Position numbers and translations under genes: made by a program. From Bdellovibrionota bacterium (GTDB lineage Bacteria > Bdellovibrionota_C > UBA2361 > JBIKWN01): DNA of 29,623 bases. The notes below the pieces were generated by a model. The model did not search any database. It was not told the origin of the DNA and saw only the letters and a program-made list of their open reading frames with translations. Below, piece after piece: positions 26,210 to 29,623 of this stretch; position 1 is the stretch's first letter; the number at the start of each line of letters is the position of its first letter. The stretch spans positions 1 through 29,623 of the forward strand of contig JBIKWN010000030.1 in assembly GCA_044356295.1 (NCBI GenBank), written 5' to 3'.

Positions 26210-26857
26210 TTAATCAGCATTAATTCTTTGAAACTCTGCAAATTCTCTCGAAAAATGCTCTCTGTAATCAGCAATACCAGCGTTGATAACTGCTTTTGCT
26301 TCATCTGCACCGTAAACTCCAGCGATATAAACATTTTTCTTTTCAGTTCCAGGAAGATCTTTATACGTTAAAAAGTAGTGTTTAAGTCTATTAATAAACT
26401 GTTCTGGGCAATCATTGATATCTCGGTATTGCCCGAATAAACCATCATTGTGTAGCACTGCAATAATTTTATCGTCAGCTTCACCTTTATCAATCATTCG
26501 AATGCCGCCAATTGGTCTTGCTTTCATAAGCATTCCGCCACGAGTAATCGGACGCTCTGTTAAAACACAGATATCGATAGGATCGCCATCTCCCTTTACT
26601 TTGTCACCCGTTGCTTTTTCGGCAATTAATGCAACTTTTTCAGCTGCATATGTTTGAGGGATAAACCCATAAAGAGTTGGACACTGAGAAGAAAACGAAA
26701 GAGGTCTATCAACGAAGATATGACCACTTGGTTTATGAATTTCATATTTAATAACGTCAGTAGGGAGTATTTCAATAAATGAATAAACCAAATCAGGAGC
26801 ATCTTCTCCGACGGTAATACCATGCCATGGGTGTGCTCTATACAATGCTTGTGTCAT
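26210..26857 (-). CDS. ppa: Family I inorganic pyrophosphatase
   Basis: HPWHG, KYEI, VDR, YGFIPQT, GDGDPIDICVL, MIDKGEADDKIIAV, YFLTYK. Confidence 0.95.
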   Translation of the reverse strand: MTQALYRAHPWHGITVGEDAPDLVYSFIEILPTDVIKYEIHKPSGHIFVDRPLSFSSQCPTLYGFIPQTYAAEKVALIAEKATGDKVKGDGDPIDICVLTERPITRGGMLMKARPIGGIRMIDKGEADDKIIAVLHNDGLFGQYRDINDCPEQFINRLKHYFLTYKDLPGTEKKNVYIAGVYGADEAKAVINAGIADYREHFSREFAEFQRINAD

Positions 26858-26929
26858 ACTTTTTGTTCAGCCAATAAAGAATTAAGATAGCTTTCATTAC
26901 GATTCTAAAAGCCGTTCAGTATAACAACT

Positions 26930-27934
26930 ATGATATCAGCCCACAAACTTACTAAATCTTTTACCATAACAAAAAAAAATCCAGGCTTTGTCGGATCGCT
27001 TATATCTTTGTTCAATCGAGAGCGTGAAACCAAATTTGCCCTCCAAGGAGTTTCCTTAGATATCGAACCAGGAGAAATCGTAGGTCTTGTCGGTGCAAAT
27101 GGTGCTGGTAAAACTACTCTTATAAAGATTCTCTCTGGAATTATTCATCCAACATCAGGCGATGTGTCCGTTCTTGGATTTAAGCCATGGGAAAGAAAGA
27201 ATGATTTTCGAAGAAAAATTGGTTTGTTAATGGGTCAAAAGGCTCAGCTCTGGTGGGATTTACCAGCAGCAGATTGTTTTACATTACTTCGTGAAATATA
27301 CAGAACTCCGCAAAAACAGTTCGATGAAATGTTGGCCCTTCTTTCAGAAACATTACAAGTAAAAGAGTTACTGCATGTTCCAGTTCGAAGATTAAGTTTG
27401 GGTGAACGAATGAAGATGGAACTTATTGCAGTGCTACTTCACCGTCCCGAAGTAGTTTTTCTCGATGAGCCCACCCTGGGGCTTGATATTACTTCTCAAA
27501 AAGCAATTCGTAGTTTCTTAACTGATTATTCAACGCGCTATAAACCGATACTTCTTATTACATCTCACTACATGCAAGATATTGAAGAGGTCTGCAAACG
27601 TCTTATCGTTATAAGAAAGGGAAGTTTTGTTTATGACGGAGCACTGTCAGATGTTCGTGCAACTTCGGATTCACATAAAAAAGTAACGTTTCATACAGAT
27701 CAAACTGTTTCAGATGTAGATGTTCGAAAAATACTAAGCGGTATACCAATTAATGATTTAACTGTCATAGGCGGTGATATTGCATTTCAAGTAGGACGTG
27801 ATGGTCTTTCTGCTGCACTCGGTGCATTAGTTTCACAAATTACAGTTCGAGACATTGCAATCGGTGAAGAAGATATCGCTGATATCATTGAGCGTTTAAT
27901 GATTGTAAAACAGGATACAAAACATGTGGCATAA
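26930..27934 (+). CDS. ABC-2 type exporter ATP-binding protein
   Basis: Walker A GANGAGKTT, GQKAQLWWDLP, signature LSLGERMK, Walker B FLDEPTLGLD, TSHYM. Confidence 0.93.
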   Translation: MISAHKLTKSFTITKKNPGFVGSLISLFNRERETKFALQGVSLDIEPGEIVGLVGANGAGKTTLIKILSGIIHPTSGDVSVLGFKPWERKNDFRRKIGLLMGQKAQLWWDLPAADCFTLLREIYRTPQKQFDEMLALLSETLQVKELLHVPVRRLSLGERMKMELIAVLLHRPEVVFLDEPTLGLDITSQKAIRSFLTDYSTRYKPILLITSHYMQDIEEVCKRLIVIRKGSFVYDGALSDVRATSDSHKKVTFHTDQTVSDVDVRKILSGIPINDLTVIGGDIAFQVGRDGLSAALGALVSQITVRDIAIGEEDIADIIERLMIVKQDTKHVA

Positions 27935-28721
27935 AGCAGCACTATCAATCGAGCTGCAACGCCGAACAATCTATGGACTTGATTTTTGGATCAAGATGCT
28001 TGTTCCGCCTGTGGTGCAGATGCTTGTTGCTTATTATTTATGGGATGCTGTTTTTGCTACAAGTGGATCTTTAGAGATAGGCGGATATACGTTTTCACAG
28101 ATGATGATGTATTATGTTGTTGCAGCCACTGTCTATCAAATGGTTCAACCAGAGGTTGGCATTGTGCTTCGAGATATTTATGACGGAACCCTTACGAAGT
28201 ATCTTTTTTACCCACTCAGTTTTTTTCAGTTTAAATTTATTACTCATCTAGCGCAGATGTTAATCGTTTCTGTGCAACTCATCGGAGCCTTATTAATTTA
28301 TATTCTACTATTCGGAAGCGATGCACTGGGCAATGTTTCAGTTCTCTCAGTTGCACAAGGTTTAGTAATCTGTTTTTTTTCTGGATACTTATTTTTTATA
28401 TTTGCTGCTTTTTTAGAAGTAGTTGGATTCTGGGTAGAAACTGTTTGGGGGCTTGTTTTGATGTTGCAGTTTGTCACAAATCTTTTAGGCGGAAAGCTTT
28501 TGCCACTTTCGATTTTTCCTGTCTGGCTTCAAGAAGTACTTGTTTGGACGCCGTTTCCTTATATGGTCAGTTTCCCTACTAAAGTAATGCTTAATCAAGT
28601 TTCAGGTCATGAGATGATTATAAGTTTCGCAGCAACGATTGCTTGGTGTTGTATTCTTCATGCAGGTGCTAAGTTTTTGTGGAAGCAAGGTTCCTTTAAT
28701 TATTCTGGAACGGGGATGTAA
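27924..28721 (+). CDS. ABC-2 family permease (ABC2_membrane_6/DUF990-like)
   Basis: Multi-TM; IGGYT, DIYDGTL..YL..P, GFW, GGKLLPLSIFP, PFPYM..FP. Confidence 0.88.
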   Translation: MWHKAALSIELQRRTIYGLDFWIKMLVPPVVQMLVAYYLWDAVFATSGSLEIGGYTFSQMMMYYVVAATVYQMVQPEVGIVLRDIYDGTLTKYLFYPLSFFQFKFITHLAQMLIVSVQLIGALLIYILLFGSDALGNVSVLSVAQGLVICFFSGYLFFIFAAFLEVVGFWVETVWGLVLMLQFVTNLLGGKLLPLSIFPVWLQEVLVWTPFPYMVSFPTKVMLNQVSGHEMIISFAATIAWCCILHAGAKFLWKQGSFNYSGTGM

Positions 28722-28725
28722 TCAT

Positions 28726-29514
28726 ATGCTTCGATATCTAAAACTCTATCTTCATTTCATTGTTTTTTCATTTGGAAAAGCTACAGCATATCGATTTGAT
28801 TTTTGGTGCCGTATTCTTATGGATATTGCATATTATGCTGTTGCAATTGGATTTTTTAAAATTCTTTTTCTTAAGACAGGAAGTCTTGGTGGATGGACAG
28901 AAAAGCAAACTATGGTGTTTGTTGGTGCACAGTTAGTGCTTGATGCGCTACAAATGACAACAATTTCTAGTAATTTATGGCAGCTTCCTTCCACTATTAA
29001 TAAAGGAGACCTTGATTATCATATTGTACGTCCTGTCTCGACGTTATTTTTCCTGTGTTTTAATGAGTTTGCAGTTGGCTCTCTTGTGAATTTAGCGATT
29101 GCTTCAAGTTTTTTTGCTTGGGCGTTGAGCCAGTATCCAGAACCATTCACTATTTTTCAGCTTTTAACATTTCTTTTCTTTTTACTAACTGGTTATTTCA
29201 TTTTCTTTGGACTGCGATTATTGATCTCTCTTCCGGTTTTCTGGACACAAGCACCGTATGGATTTGAAAGAATCTTTTATTCAATGCTCCCTTTAATGGA
29301 GCGTCCTGATGTTATATTTCGAGGTTTTTTAAGGATGGTGATTCTTACCGTGATACCATTTGCGCTTATGGTTTCATTTCCTGCTCGAATATTTTTTGAT
29401 GGATTTGATATTGATATAGCACTGCATATGTTTGCAGTGCTGTTTTGCTTGTGGACGGTTGTCTTTTGGGTTTGGAAAAAGGGGATTAATAGTTATGCTT
29501 CTGCTAGTAGTTAA
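28726..29514 (+). CDS. ABC-2 family permease (ABC2_membrane_6/DUF990-like), second subunit
   Basis: Start moved to in-frame ATG 28726 (MLRYLKLY). Motifs YRFDF, LGGW, GDLDYHIVRP, FWT, IPFA..SFP, YASASS. Confidence 0.88.
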   Translation: MLRYLKLYLHFIVFSFGKATAYRFDFWCRILMDIAYYAVAIGFFKILFLKTGSLGGWTEKQTMVFVGAQLVLDALQMTTISSNLWQLPSTINKGDLDYHIVRPVSTLFFLCFNEFAVGSLVNLAIASSFFAWALSQYPEPFTIFQLLTFLFFLLTGYFIFFGLRLLISLPVFWTQAPYGFERIFYSMLPLMERPDVIFRGFLRMVILTVIPFALMVSFPARIFFDGFDIDIALHMFAVLFCLWTVVFWVWKKGINSYASASS

Positions 29515-29623
29515 GCCCTTTTGCTTAATCGTTTCTTATTGATCTGCTACGTGTTGTATCCCCATGTATTGTTTCAGATTAATTCTATTTAAATTTAGTA
29601 ACGCGAAGGTCGCGAAGTACGCG

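Noticed and set aside
3512..28183. Short ORF-track entries antisense to, or out of frame within, long genes (e.g. 3512-3700, 3897-4103, 10045-10326, 13026-13325, 17295-17582, 23406-23648, 26415-26657, 27986-28183)
   Set aside because: They are shadow ORFs lying largely or wholly within well-supported CDSs and have no recognisable motifs.

Overview
AT-rich, gene-dense bacterial chromosomal segment. I saw no rRNA, tRNA, CRISPR array, intact transposase or phage structural gene. Left to right: a truncated SAM methyltransferase and glnA (-); a divergent cluster of aldose-epimerase-like gene, GNAT, PLP decarboxylase, second GNAT, tandem double ATP-grasp ligase and NUDIX, which looks like an undescribed amide/peptide-type biosynthetic locus; a 133-bp fold-back MITE with IS4-like ends; an orphan GspE/PilB ATPase fused to a receiver domain; a tightly coupled 10-gene operon (11554-19661) whose core is four uncharacterised membrane proteins, an orphan GlmL/MutL-type ASKHA ATPase and a partner protein, with no B12 mutase in the window; a variable region (19663-23108) with IHF boxes, hypotheticals and a brnTA pair with a frameshifted toxin; a dus(Dus3-like)-sua5-rmlC-like operon; a 52-aa exported His/acidic-rich peptide missing from the ORF track; ppa; and an ABC-2 exporter. 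The best candidates for undescribed systems are the GlmL-membrane operon and the GNAT/decarboxylase/double ATP-grasp cluster. All family calls come from motif recognition and recall, not database searches.
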